In this document: positions 50,058 through 59,941 of the stretch, one piece after another | Layout of the letters: the number at the start of each line of letters is the position of its first letter | How positions within the stretch are numbered: position 1 is the first letter of the stretch | Assembly (NCBI GenBank): GCA_963665295.1 | Contig: OY762209.1 | Coordinates: 4,672,001-4,736,000 of the forward strand | Direction: 5' to 3' | Length of the DNA: 64,000 bases | DNA from: Syntrophorhabdaceae bacterium | GTDB taxonomy: Bacteria; Desulfobacterota; Syntrophorhabdia; Syntrophorhabdales; Syntrophorhabdaceae | Notes under the pieces: model-generated | What the model saw: only the letters and a program-made list of their open reading frames with translations | Databases searched by the model: none | Told to the model about the DNA's origin: nothing | Program-made: the position numbers and the translations under genes

Positions 50058-52010
50058 TTAGCGCTCCTGACCGGTCATGGTTCCGCCGTAGTCATGTCCC
50101 AGTCTCGCCGCTATGCCGAAATCGGAGTCAGCCTCCATATGCCTGCCGAGCTTGTGATAGCAAGCACCCCGCCACCGGTAATCGACGTTGTTGGGCCGGA
50201 GCCTGATGGCATTGGTGAAATCATCGGCGGCCATGTAATAGTTGTTCAGCCGGAAATAGGTCACTCCCCGCCAGTGAAAATAGATATCCGCCGGTCTCAG
50301 CCTGATGGCATTGGTGAAATCCTTGAGGGCCCCCGGATAGCTGCCGACCCTGTAATACGCCACGCCCCGCCAGTAATAGCTCAACTCGTGGGAGGGGTTC
50401 AACTCAAGGGCACGGGAAAACTCGGCCACCGCTTGGAGAAACTGTTTATGTTTCAGGGATCGAAGGCCCTTCTGGTAATAATAGTCGGCCGAGGACCGCG
50501 GAGAGACCGGTGGCCTCCCTTCGTTCAGGGCCTGCGGTGCGGGCGCCGGTGCGACGGCGGTCTCCTGTTTCGTTTGTGTCTCTCGCGGCCCGGGCTCCGG
50601 TTCTTTCGGCTGCCACGGGACAGGCGCGGGCATCTCCGCTTTGCTTTCCTTTTCCGCGAAGCTGGTTGGGGGTGCGGGAGTAATCCTCACCGGGGTTTCG
50701 AGTTTCTTTATATTCATTGACCGGTGCGGAGCCGCGGCAGCCTTGGGCGGCGTCGCCGGTTTCGCTTTAGCGGAAGGTACTGGCGGAAGAGTCGGCTTTG
50801 CCTGTTCGACTGCCCGTTTTTCCTTTTCGGCAGCATCCCTCGCTTTCCCGGCTTCCTCCTCCTTCCTCGCGTCGGCATCCCTTTGCGCCTCTTTGCGCTT
50901 CTGTTCCAGATCCTGCCTTTCTTTCGCTTCCTTCTCCCGCTGCGTCACCATTGCCGTATGATATCGGCCAGTGTCGGGCTGCCAGTTCCGGTATACCACG
51001 TAACCGGCGGCCGCACCTGCGAGGACAAGGAAGACTATCACCGCACAGGTGACCACCTTGAATCCTTTCCTTCCTTCCGGCTCCCCCGCCTTCTCCCGAG
51101 CGGGTCCCGCCCCCCGGGTGGTCCCGCCATGGCTCGGTTCATTTTCCACTTCTCTCCTGAGATCGTCGGAAAGGGCCTTGATACTCTGATAACGCTGCTC
51201 GACCCTCGGAGCCACCGCCTTCTTGTAGATGCTGTCCATACCCTTTGGAGCGGACCGGTTAAGCTCGCTCGGGCAAAACGGTCCTATGGTGCTGTCCAGC
51301 GTAAAAAGTTCATAGAGGACCACGCCTGTTGAGTATATATCCGTCCGATGGTCCACCTCGGGACTGCCGGACTTCAGTTCGGGAGACATGTAGGGGGATA
51401 CGCCGAAAGGGGTACTCACGGCAGTAAGGTCCCGGAGGTTGAGTATCTTCGCAATCCCGAAATCGGCCAGCTTAACCGAAAGGGTCGCCTCGTCGGTAAC
51501 AAGGATATTTTCCGGTTTTATATCCCGATGTATCACCTTCTCCTTGTGGTCATGGGCGTAGGTGAGGGCAGCGGCGATCTGGGAAATAACCCTCAGGGCC
51601 TCTTCGGCGCTAAAGGGATTGTTGATCTTTCTCCTGTCGTTTATGAGGTCCCTGAGATTTCTCCCTTCGACCCATTCCATAAGAAGGTAGTGCCATACAA
51701 CCCCGTTCTCGTCTTCCCACTGGTCGTCATGATAGATCCTGACGATGTTCGGGTGGTGCAACACATCACGGGAAATGGACGCTTCGTGCTGGAATCGCTC
51801 TATCGCGTCCTTCGAGTCCAGGAGCCGTGGCTGCATAAGCTTGAGGGCGACGTCCCTCAACCTCGAATGCCTCGTATCCCTGCATTTGTAGACCATCCCC
51901 ATACCGCCCATCTTGCCTTCCGACAAAATCTCGTAACGGTTGTGTATCAGGGTGCCTACAGGGAATAAGCCCTTAAAACCCTGGTCTTCTTTTATCGCAG
52001 TGGGCGCCAT
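50058..52010 (-). CDS. Membrane Hanks-type Ser/Thr kinase with coiled-coil/Pro-rich linker and C-terminal TPRs
   Basis: GGMGMVY, VALK, HRDIKPEN, DFG, YMSPE, DIYSTG; TM helix; TPRs (FTNAIRLRP repeats). Confidence 0.92.
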   Translation of the reverse strand: MAPTAIKEDQGFKGLFPVGTLIHNRYEILSEGKMGGMGMVYKCRDTRHSRLRDVALKLMQPRLLDSKDAIERFQHEASISRDVLHHPNIVRIYHDDQWEDENGVVWHYLLMEWVEGRNLRDLINDRRKINNPFSAEEALRVISQIAAALTYAHDHKEKVIHRDIKPENILVTDEATLSVKLADFGIAKILNLRDLTAVSTPFGVSPYMSPELKSGSPEVDHRTDIYSTGVVLYELFTLDSTIGPFCPSELNRSAPKGMDSIYKKAVAPRVEQRYQSIKALSDDLRREVENEPSHGGTTRGAGPAREKAGEPEGRKGFKVVTCAVIVFLVLAGAAAGYVVYRNWQPDTGRYHTAMVTQREKEAKERQDLEQKRKEAQRDADARKEEEAGKARDAAEKEKRAVEQAKPTLPPVPSAKAKPATPPKAAAAPHRSMNIKKLETPVRITPAPPTSFAEKESKAEMPAPVPWQPKEPEPGPRETQTKQETAVAPAPAPQALNEGRPPVSPRSSADYYYQKGLRSLKHKQFLQAVAEFSRALELNPSHELSYYWRGVAYYRVGSYPGALKDFTNAIRLRPADIYFHWRGVTYFRLNNYYMAADDFTNAIRLRPNNVDYRWRGACYHKLGRHMEADSDFGIAARLGHDYGGTMTGQER

Positions 52011-52028
52011 ATGGTCTCTTTGATGATA

Positions 52029-52823
52029 TCACAAACTCAACCCCTTGTGGAGCATAAACCTTCGTTTCATGCCGGAGAAGAGCCGGGAAAAGGGTCCGGG
52101 CGCCTCCACCACGATGACGGAAACATTGTCGGGCGCGCCCCTCAGAAGTGCCATATTGACGAGGACCTTGCACTTCTCTTCCGGGCCGATCTCTTTCACA
52201 AGCACCTCCCTCGCCTCGTCCGGGCTCACCACACGGAAAAGGCCGTCGGAGGAAAGGAGGTAGATATCCCCGTCCTTCACCAAATGGGCGCTCAAATCGG
52301 GTGTCGTGTTTTCAGACGATCCAAGGGCCCTTGTGAGAACGTGGCTCAGGCTATGGTTTTCCTCCTTTTCGGGGTCAAGGACGCCCGCCTTCACGAGGTC
52401 CCGCGCTTCGGTATGATCTTCGGTGAGTTTCTCCATGCATTTTCTTCTCAGGCGGTATATGCGGCTATCTCCTATGTGGGCGATATAGAGCTTGCCGTTG
52501 GTAAAATGGGCGGAGGAAAAGGTCGTACCCATGACCTCGCCCCTGGCATACTCGTATATCTCCCGGTTGGCAGTAGATACGGCCTCCCTGATGATGCTCA
52601 GCACGGGCTCATCCTGCTTGAGCGACTCGTTGTCATAGGAGGTGATATTCTGATGGATCACCGCGGTGACGGTGGTCACTGCCTTTCTGCTCGCCACTTC
52701 TCCCTTTGCATGTCCGCCCATGCCGTCGGCCACGACATAAAGCATGATCCCATGGTCCAGGACAATGGCGTCCTGGTTCATCTCCCTCTCGACGCCCCTG
52801 TCCGTTATGCCGAAAGCGTCCAT
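52029..52823 (-). CDS. PP2C-family Ser/Thr phosphatase (PstP/Stp1-like)
   Basis: REMNQD, VADGMGGH, MGTT, HIGDSRIY, SSDGL, DNVSV. Confidence 0.93.
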   Translation of the reverse strand: MDAFGITDRGVEREMNQDAIVLDHGIMLYVVADGMGGHAKGEVASRKAVTTVTAVIHQNITSYDNESLKQDEPVLSIIREAVSTANREIYEYARGEVMGTTFSSAHFTNGKLYIAHIGDSRIYRLRRKCMEKLTEDHTEARDLVKAGVLDPEKEENHSLSHVLTRALGSSENTTPDLSAHLVKDGDIYLLSSDGLFRVVSPDEAREVLVKEIGPEEKCKVLVNMALLRGAPDNVSVIVVEAPGPFSRLFSGMKRRFMLHKGLSL

Positions 52824-52826
52824 GGC

Positions 52827-53228
52827 CTAGTTGCTCTCCACTTTCATGGAATAGTCGCAAAACCCTATTTCGTCCCCCGGCATGAGTTCAAATTCCGGGG
52901 AGGTCATCCTCCGGTTCTTCGTCACCGGTTGCCCTGAAAGACTCCTGAAGAAGAGTGTGTTCGTTGCGAGGAGTTCGCCCGCCACTACAGGTATTCCCGC
53001 GCCTTCGAGAAGGATGTCACACTCGTTGCCCCTGCCGATGCGGTACCGGCCCTTCCCTACAGGTATTCTCCGGAACAATACCCCGCCTTTCCGGACGCTC
53101 AGGAAAAGTTCTGCCCTTTTTAACGGCGAAGGCCTTCGCACCGAACCGGCGAAGAGCAGGAGGGCAACAAAACCCAGGGACGATGAAAACACCAGGTTGA
53201 GAAGCATTATCTCCTTCGGGGAAAACAT
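52827..53228 (-). CDS. Membrane-anchored FHA protein (FhaB-like), degenerate
   Basis: N-terminal TM then IGRGNECDILL...LMPGDEIGF; SxxH absent. Confidence 0.7.
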   Translation of the reverse strand: MFSPKEIMLLNLVFSSSLGFVALLLFAGSVRRPSPLKRAELFLSVRKGGVLFRRIPVGKGRYRIGRGNECDILLEGAGIPVVAGELLATNTLFFRSLSGQPVTKNRRMTSPEFELMPGDEIGFCDYSMKVESN

Positions 53229-53229
53229 G

Positions 53230-54075
53230 TTACGCCACCCTGAGAAGCGTCTTTCCGGCTCTTATGGTATCCCCCTTGGTCAAAGATGCCTCGGCTATTT
53301 CTATATCATTGAGAAAGGTCTTGTTCTTCCCGCCAAGGTCGCGGATCTTCGCGAGGTCCTTGGCTACCACAACCTTGAAGTGTTTCCGCGAGATAAACTC
53401 CTCCGGGTCATTGAGGAGGACATCCGCGTCTCTGGCCCTTCCAAATACATATTCCCCTTCTTTCAGTGCCAGTTTTATCCCTTTATCCTGACCTTCTATC
53501 ACCTCGAGGTTGACGACTGGAATTTCAAGGCATTTCGTGACCCGCTCCTCCCTGGCGACAGTCTCTCTTTCCTCGATCACCTTGGTCCCCTTACCCGCAA
53601 ACATGCCGGGGATAGGCTCCTTGTCTTTCGGTTCCGTGACCTTGTGAGGTGTGGAAAAAATACCCATGGGGGCCCCCGGTTCGGGGAGCTTGAACAGGTC
53701 GGCCGGGCTCTCTTTCACTTCGAGAAAGGAGGATTTGATGACGAGCTGGTTCCTGAGAAGGCTTTCGTCCTTCCGTATATCGATATAGAGAGACGGGGAG
53801 AGGATGGTGTACTTCTTCTTTTTGATCCTGTCCAGCACCTTGTGTTTCAGCTGTTCCCCCGCGTGGGCAAGAAAGGGTGATATGTCTTCGTAATCAAAAG
53901 GGTTGAGGTAGAGCGTATACCGGTTGGGCACCAGAAACTTGCGGTCAAATCCGCCCATCTTTCTGTCTTCCATGCTCCTAAGGAGCCTGTCCAGTATGTC
54001 TCTTGGTTGAAGGTCTTTCTGCTTTGCGCCGAAGAGGCGGGCAAGCGCTTTCTTGATGCTCCTCATTAAACTCAT
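53230..54075 (-). CDS. FhaA-like protein (DUF3662-like N-terminus plus FHA)
   Basis: LQPRDILDRLLRSMED..LVPNRYTLYLNPFDY; FHA motifs FGRARDAD..ISRKH..KNKTFLN. Confidence 0.85.
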   Translation of the reverse strand: MSLMRSIKKALARLFGAKQKDLQPRDILDRLLRSMEDRKMGGFDRKFLVPNRYTLYLNPFDYEDISPFLAHAGEQLKHKVLDRIKKKKYTILSPSLYIDIRKDESLLRNQLVIKSSFLEVKESPADLFKLPEPGAPMGIFSTPHKVTEPKDKEPIPGMFAGKGTKVIEERETVAREERVTKCLEIPVVNLEVIEGQDKGIKLALKEGEYVFGRARDADVLLNDPEEFISRKHFKVVVAKDLAKIRDLGGKNKTFLNDIEIAEASLTKGDTIRAGKTLLRVA

Positions 54076-54115
54076 GGTCTCCTCCTCCTGTCTCGAATAT
54101 TGACTCTGTTATATA

Positions 54116-54140
54116 AGACGGAAGGAGGACCGGCTTTTCT
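54116..54140 (-). promoter_or_regulatory. Putative ECF promoter upstream of fhaA
   Basis: AAGAA AAGCCGGTCCTCCTT CCGTCT. Confidence 0.65.
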
Positions 54141-54202
54141 TACGCGATCTCTCGTAAATTCAGGGCGGTCGGGAATCCCGCTGCACACCTTGTCCGGACC
54201 TT

Positions 54203-54631
54203 CTACTTCTCCGGGTCGTCGGCCCCCTCTTTCTTGCTTTTGCCTTTCTTCGGTCTCGTAATGTCTCTCGGGACGGCCGCGTATGCCATGGGGGTGGGGG
54301 TGGATTCGCCGGAGGCGCTCCCCGTCTTCCTTGCGGGCCGCTCCAGGGGTCTTATCTTTCTGTCTCCGGCCCCTTCGCCTCCGGCTTCCCTGAGCATTTC
54401 CTCGATGCCCGGAGGCAGGTGGCGAACCTTCTTTTCGTCGAAAGATTTCATGTGCTCGTCAAGGCTTTCGAGGAGCCTCTTTCCTTCCCTGTAGCCGGGG
54501 AGCACTTTTCGATACACCGCCAGTTCGCGAATCGCCTCGCTGCATTCCCTGCAGGCGCCTATATGCATCTTTGCTTCCTCGCCGGCATTTCCTTCGAGGA
54601 ATCTCAAGAGGTCTTCATCATTACATTTCAT
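54203..54631 (-). CDS. Soluble zinc-binding anti-sigma factor (ZAS-like)
   Basis: KCNDEDLLRFLEG..HIGACREC (HxxxCxxC); follows the sigma gene; no TM. Confidence 0.75.
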   Translation of the reverse strand: MKCNDEDLLRFLEGNAGEEAKMHIGACRECSEAIRELAVYRKVLPGYREGKRLLESLDEHMKSFDEKKVRHLPPGIEEMLREAGGEGAGDRKIRPLERPARKTGSASGESTPTPMAYAAVPRDITRPKKGKSKKEGADDPEK

Positions 54632-54642
54632 CTCTTTCTCCT

Positions 54643-55224
54643 TTAAATGGACTCGCTCAAGCTTTTCAGTTCGCCCATAGTGGCAAGCTTCTTCAGGCAG
54701 TTCACGATGTTCCCGTATATGGTCTTCGAGTTTTTCTTAAGCACGTTGGCCAGTTCCTCGTAAGTTCCGTATACACCCTCAAGGTATTGCAGATAACCGT
54801 TGATAAGCTCCTTGCATTTTTCGGGGAGCTTGTTGACTGCGTCTCTTACCCGGGAGGCGACATCGATCATATAGAGGACATCGATGAGGTTCCTGTCGTC
54901 CGCGATGGCCGCCTGGTCGTCGATGGAGACGACAATCGTCTGGGGATGATTTCTCCGGTAATGATTGGTTATCTCATTTCTCAAGACCCATTGGGCATAA
55001 CCCCTTATTTCCCTTATTTCCTCGATGTCCCGCCGGTGGACCCTCTTGATCAGGGCGGCGATCGCCTCGGCCGATATATCCTCCACTTCTTCATCCGAGA
55101 GACGCCATTCCTTCCACCTGCATGCCTTAAGGAATTTGTTGTACATATAGGTCCACGCGCCCCGGTCGTTCCTCTTCAGTTCTTCGTACAGCTTTTCGCT
55201 TTCCATGGACTCATATTCTTTCAT
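54643..55224 (-). CDS. ECF-type RNA polymerase sigma factor
   Basis: Region 2 DRGAW..EEVEDISAEAI..YAQWVLRNEITNHYRR; region 4 AVNKLPEKCKELI..YEELANVL; start ATG 55224. Confidence 0.85.
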   Translation of the reverse strand: MKEYESMESEKLYEELKRNDRGAWTYMYNKFLKACRWKEWRLSDEEVEDISAEAIAALIKRVHRRDIEEIREIRGYAQWVLRNEITNHYRRNHPQTIVVSIDDQAAIADDRNLIDVLYMIDVASRVRDAVNKLPEKCKELINGYLQYLEGVYGTYEELANVLKKNSKTIYGNIVNCLKKLATMGELKSLSESI

Positions 55225-55268
55225 ACCCGGTCCCCCCGGTTGGGCTTGTCGGCCATTTATCCCCCTCT

Positions 55269-56087
55269 CTAAAATATTCTGTCTCCCTGCCGGGAGTTCT
55301 CCATAATCTTCTTCCTCGCCCATTTCTCCATGTCGCCCTGAATGAGGTCGTAGTCCAGGCAAAGTTCGAAAAGGGCGTCCCTCATCTCCCGTTTGCCCGC
55401 TTCCCTCAGGAGGGCATTTACTTTCTCCCACCCGTAGAGGGGACTATTTACCATGCATTCCACTACGCATGCCGCCTCGGCATAGGCGAGCCTTCTCCCC
55501 GCTTCCGTCTCCATGACCAGATTCCCCGGCCTTTCAAGCTCTTCGAGGAGAAGAACCGGCCCCCTCTCCCCCATCGCCTCCCGAAGGGCATCGAGATAGG
55601 AGTCGGGAAGCTCCTGGGAAAGATAGACGCTTAAACCTTCGTCCAGCCAGAACGGGCAGCGGCCCCGTCCTATTTCGTGGACCGCGAGGTGTATGATTTC
55701 GTGGGTGAGGTAGATGTAAAACGACTGTGTTTCTTCCTCGTCGTCCTCCTCCGATACGATAGTTATCTCCCCGTCAAAGAAACCCGCCGCCCACGAACCG
55801 CAGGCGTTCTTGCGATCGCCTTCACGGAGCGCCTCTTCGCCGGACCGGTAGACGTTTACCCTGATATCGGTAAGTTCGTGTCCGAGTTTGTCGCGTACTA
55901 TCTTCTGCGTCCTCTTTATCGTCCGGAACAGGTTGATAATATCGAGTTTCTCGTGCTTCAAATGAAAATTGACCCTTATTCCGTGCTGGGTCAACCGCAC
56001 AAGGTCGTCTTCTCCGATATAGGTAGACCTGTTTTCCTGACGGACGATCGATTTGACTTTTCTGAAGATTCTTTCCTCTTCGTCCAT
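55269..56087 (-). CDS. Cytoplasmic zinc metallopeptidase (MA clan, gluzincin-like)
   Basis: THEIIH (HExxH) followed by PFWLDEGLSVY; no signal peptide. Confidence 0.8.
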   Translation of the reverse strand: MDEEERIFRKVKSIVRQENRSTYIGEDDLVRLTQHGIRVNFHLKHEKLDIINLFRTIKRTQKIVRDKLGHELTDIRVNVYRSGEEALREGDRKNACGSWAAGFFDGEITIVSEEDDEEETQSFYIYLTHEIIHLAVHEIGRGRCPFWLDEGLSVYLSQELPDSYLDALREAMGERGPVLLLEELERPGNLVMETEAGRRLAYAEAACVVECMVNSPLYGWEKVNALLREAGKREMRDALFELCLDYDLIQGDMEKWARKKIMENSRQGDRIF

Positions 56088-56161
56088 TACATATCTCCGT
56101 GTTTCACCTGCAAGACCCTGTCATCCGGCACCTCACGCCGGACTTACCCCACGTCCCACGG

Positions 56162-57373
56162 TCAGCCGAATAATCCCCGCTTAACCTCACTTATGTCTTT
56201 GAAGCGCTTTTCTCTTTCCTTTTCGATGCACCTGCCTATCACCCGACTCATGGTCTCCGGAAAAGGGGCGACCATTTCGCGCGTTATCCCGTCGCCTTCT
56301 ACCCTGCCCCCCAGCATTTCGTAGAATACGACACCCAGAGAGTAAATATCGTCCCTCTCGTCCACATCATTGAAGTCCTCCCGCTGCTGTGGCGACGTAT
56401 AGGGTACATTATAGCCCCGGAAGCCGGGGGGCGGCATAAAACCGCCGGTCTTGTCCAGTGCCAGCCCGAAGTCTATGATTTTCAGGCCTACGGGCGAAGA
56501 TGAATGGTCGACCATGATATTCCTCGGGTTGATGTCCCTGTGTATCACGCGCTCCTTGTGGATGTATTCGAGGGCGCTCAATATAAGACGGGCCGTTTCC
56601 CTGAACCGGCCAATGCCGTAAGGCGTTTTCCGGATCACATCATAGAGGGACCCGCCCTCGATATACTCGAGCACGATGTAATAGTCGCCATCTGCGACGC
56701 CGTAATCGAACCCCTTTACCACGTTCGGGTGGTCGAACCTTTCCGTGAGGAGCTTTCCCTCGTTCCGGAAGAGGGCGGTCAACGTCTTCGCTGTCGCATA
56801 CCGCTCGAGCTTTTCGAGCATGAGGTACTTGAAGGCCACCGGCCTGCTGTCCGAGCGCCTCATCCCCTTCAGTATCCGCGCCATCCCGCCCTTGCCTATC
56901 TCCATATCAAAGACCACATATTTCTCGTCGAAGGCACCGGGTTTCTCTTTGGACTTATCGTAGACGGTCCTTAACCGCCCGATCGCTTCATAAAGCTTCA
57001 CCTCTTCCCCGGGGGTCAGCTTCGGGTCGTAATACGCGGTAGGATCATGGTCAAGAAGCTTTCTGAACCCGAGCTTATTCGTAACCCGCCGGAGCTTGTT
57101 GCGGACCGACTGATCCTTTTCGCCGCGCCAGAGGTCCTTTACTAAAATCTCATCCACTTCTTTCCCATCATCGATGAGTTTAAGGAGGTGGACTGCCGCG
57201 TCCTCGCGCAGTTCGGGGTCGGCATTGGTCCTTATGATCTCGTAGCAGGCCTCGGGTAACGCGGCCACGGGGACGACCGACGCCGATGCAACTACCCGCT
57301 CAGCCGGGTCAAGGAGTTTCGTTTCGTTCTCCCCCGCAACCCTGTCCTTTTCCCTGAAAGATCCTTCTGTCAC
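56162..57373 (-). CDS. Soluble Ser/Thr kinase with helical (HEAT-like) N-terminus
   Basis: GKGGMARI, VAFK, HRDINPRN, DFG, DIYSLG; no TM. Confidence 0.88.
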   Translation of the reverse strand: MTEGSFREKDRVAGENETKLLDPAERVVASASVVPVAALPEACYEIIRTNADPELREDAAVHLLKLIDDGKEVDEILVKDLWRGEKDQSVRNKLRRVTNKLGFRKLLDHDPTAYYDPKLTPGEEVKLYEAIGRLRTVYDKSKEKPGAFDEKYVVFDMEIGKGGMARILKGMRRSDSRPVAFKYLMLEKLERYATAKTLTALFRNEGKLLTERFDHPNVVKGFDYGVADGDYYIVLEYIEGGSLYDVIRKTPYGIGRFRETARLILSALEYIHKERVIHRDINPRNIMVDHSSSPVGLKIIDFGLALDKTGGFMPPPGFRGYNVPYTSPQQREDFNDVDERDDIYSLGVVFYEMLGGRVEGDGITREMVAPFPETMSRVIGRCIEKEREKRFKDISEVKRGLFG

Positions 57374-57389
57374 GCCCGTCTCTCCACGC

Positions 57390-58733
57390 TCAATTCTGCT
57401 CCATTACCCTGCCCGAGCATTTCGGGCACCTGTACATGGCTGCCCGGTCCCCGGCTTTTACGCTGAAGGCGGTATTGCAGCCTGGATTCACGCACCTGAG
57501 TGTCACGAAATCATCGTCCCGGCTTTCCTCCGCCGCGTCCCTTTTTCCGGGCGACGAAGGCTCCCCGTAGATGGTCCCCGCTTCCGGCGCGGCCTGCCCC
57601 GTCGGGACTCCTGTAGCCCTCGGGAGGCCGGCTTCAATCTCCTTTTCTCTGAGTCTCATTTCGAGTTGTTCTTTTTCCCTGAAGAGCTCGTTCTCAATGG
57701 CGTCCCGGTCCTTTTTCTTCTTGAGCTCGATTAAAGCCCCCATGGCCTTCAGGTTGCTTTCCTCTTTGAGACCGGTCATTTCTATCTCCGCAAGGTTTTT
57801 CACCTTTTGATCGGCTATTTCGTTTTCGAGACGCAACCTCTCTATCCCCGCCTCCACCTCGATCACCGCGTACCTCGCTTCCGCGACCTCACGGTCAATC
57901 CCCGCCTTTCCCAGGAGCTTCCTCCGTTCGTAGTCAAGTTCCTGGTCAAGCTCCAGTTTGCGGATTATCCAATCCCTTTTCGTCTTGCGGTCCATGTCCC
58001 GCTCTTCGAGGGCCGCTTTCAGGTCTTCAAGTTCCCGGCTTCTGAGGAGCTTCGCCTTTTCCTCTTCGAGGAGGTACTCCTCGATCTTATCGTCGGACAG
58101 AGACAGGTCTCCGAGGAGAGAAAGGGTCTTACGTCTCATGAGAATCCTTTTCTCAAGCTCCTTCGCTTCCACCTCGTCCATCTCGTTGCGGATGAACCCC
58201 TTTTCCTCCGCATCGATCACACCGGAATAATTCCTGAAGTCGTACTCCACCGACTTCAACTCGTTAAGGTAAAGCCCCGCTGCGTCGAGGGTATTCTTCA
58301 GGTAATGTTCCACCCGCACCTCGAATTCCTTCCTCAGCCCGGAGCCGGCGCCATCACTCTCAAGCTCTTTTATGGATCTCTTGCCCAGCATGTCGCGAAA
58401 TGCATTGTACACCCCTTCCCGGAGGAAATCATGCAACTCATTCGTCCCCGGGGCGTCCTCCCCGTGTGCGACATGCTCGAGGAACCGGTCCCGTTTCACG
58501 ACAAGAACCACAATGCGGACGGTTACATCTATCTTTACCGGGTCCACGGTGCGCACATCTTCGAGGTGAAACGTAAGGGGTATGAGTTCTCCCGCGTATT
58601 CCTCCCCGGCGACAAAGTCCTCCCTCACCAGTCCTACATCGACACGGAGTACGGACCGGCAGTTGCTGCAATACCGCGCTTCCCGGTCTACCTTCACCCC
58701 GCACCGGGGGCAACGTTCCGCCTCTTCTCTCAT
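57390..58733 (-). CDS. Zinc-ribbon/SPFH(band 7)-like/coiled-coil protein
   Basis: CPRC..YCSNC, SPFH-like core (LKNTLDAAGLYLNEL), long coiled coil, C-terminal CVNPGC..CPKC. Confidence 0.65.
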   Translation of the reverse strand: MREEAERCPRCGVKVDREARYCSNCRSVLRVDVGLVREDFVAGEEYAGELIPLTFHLEDVRTVDPVKIDVTVRIVVLVVKRDRFLEHVAHGEDAPGTNELHDFLREGVYNAFRDMLGKRSIKELESDGAGSGLRKEFEVRVEHYLKNTLDAAGLYLNELKSVEYDFRNYSGVIDAEEKGFIRNEMDEVEAKELEKRILMRRKTLSLLGDLSLSDDKIEEYLLEEEKAKLLRSRELEDLKAALEERDMDRKTKRDWIIRKLELDQELDYERRKLLGKAGIDREVAEARYAVIEVEAGIERLRLENEIADQKVKNLAEIEMTGLKEESNLKAMGALIELKKKKDRDAIENELFREKEQLEMRLREKEIEAGLPRATGVPTGQAAPEAGTIYGEPSSPGKRDAAEESRDDDFVTLRCVNPGCNTAFSVKAGDRAAMYRCPKCSGRVMEQN

Positions 58734-58810
58734 GTTCTCACGTTCCGTGCAAAACGGGGCATTTCCCTCTGTCCACGACACCTCTCCAGCCCATGGCATT
58801 TCATCTACTC

Positions 58811-59809
58811 CTAATATTGTACTCTTCTCAGCTTCAAGTCGCCATCCACTTTTAGTACTCCTGCCCTTAAAGCGCCTATTTCCGGGCCCACATCGTCCGG
58901 ACAGGGCGATGATGCCATGCGGCAAATCCTTTCGGACAAACGCTCCAGGTCTTCCAGCTTCCAGAATATTTCCATGTCAAAACACACGGCGCCGGAAGAC
59001 CCGCGCCGACTGTCCAAACCCGCGCCGCCGGGGGGAGCCTTCGCCACGGAACGCTTCATTTCCATGAGGTTTCTCTCTATGTCCTTAAGCTCCACCGCGA
59101 CCCTGGTCTGTCCCGTTTCCACGAGCCTCGATTTCGCCTCCGACACGTGAACAATGATCTTGTCGATCTCTCCTGTCACACCTTTCCTGTTACCCCCGAC
59201 TCCTTCGAAAATCCTCGCCCCTCCGCTTCGTCTTCCACGCTTCAAATTAAGGAAAAGGAGGAGACAGAGGACAAGGAGAAGCGCCGCGGCCGGTATGCCC
59301 CAGATCACATACTTTCTCAAGGGCGATACAGCAGAGACCTCGAAATCCCGGGACAGGACTATTTCACCTTTTTCCACGTCCACAAGCTTTACATGAGCCT
59401 TTACATGGTATGACATAAACCCCGCCCGGGAGCGGTATACGTCACCCGTGAGAAATCCCTGGACCCCTTTCAGCCTTCCGTGCCGGACCCTCGTATTTCC
59501 GTCCATAATGTCCTTGAGCTGAAGACCCTGCTCCGCGAGGACCCTGTCAAAGTCCGCCCGCTCCATGACCTTGCAGGATGTCCTTTCTTTAATGGCGGAT
59601 ACTATCCCGTTCTTCACCATATTGTTGTCGCCCTTGAAATCGAGTACTGCCATGCGGCTCATCTTCCTGTCAACAGGCAATGCCTTCACCACTGCTTCCT
59701 GAAGGCTGTTCATGGCCTGTGACTGGAGGGTCTCCGCAAGACAGGAGGAATACCAGATAAAGGCCATAACCGCGCCCGCGAGAATGCCTATAACCGCGTG
59801 TCTTCTCAT
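58811..59809 (-). CDS. CsgG/HfaB-like exported domain, TM helix and cytoplasmic helical domain
   Basis: Signal peptide, MAVLDFKG, VMERADFDRVLAEQGL, GRLKGVQGFLTG, VKLVDVEKGEIV; TM WGIPAAALLLVLCLLLF. Confidence 0.7.
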   Translation of the reverse strand: MRRHAVIGILAGAVMAFIWYSSCLAETLQSQAMNSLQEAVVKALPVDRKMSRMAVLDFKGDNNMVKNGIVSAIKERTSCKVMERADFDRVLAEQGLQLKDIMDGNTRVRHGRLKGVQGFLTGDVYRSRAGFMSYHVKAHVKLVDVEKGEIVLSRDFEVSAVSPLRKYVIWGIPAAALLLVLCLLLFLNLKRGRRSGGARIFEGVGGNRKGVTGEIDKIIVHVSEAKSRLVETGQTRVAVELKDIERNLMEMKRSVAKAPPGGAGLDSRRGSSGAVCFDMEIFWKLEDLERLSERICRMASSPCPDDVGPEIGALRAGVLKVDGDLKLRRVQY

Positions 59810-59941
59810 GTCAACACCCTCCCGGACCATATGACGGGTCTTCGCCGCAAATCCGCCATAGAATTAGATGATAAGTAAAACGGAATACAAAAACAATCAA
59901 ATACGAAAAACCGTTGCTCTGCCCCGCACAAAGGTATGTAT

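Noticed and set aside
50170..50330. Repeated GCCTGATGGCATTGGTGAAATC as a CRISPR-like or mobile repeat
   Set aside because: Only two copies, both in-frame TPR units of the kinase; no array or cas genes in the window
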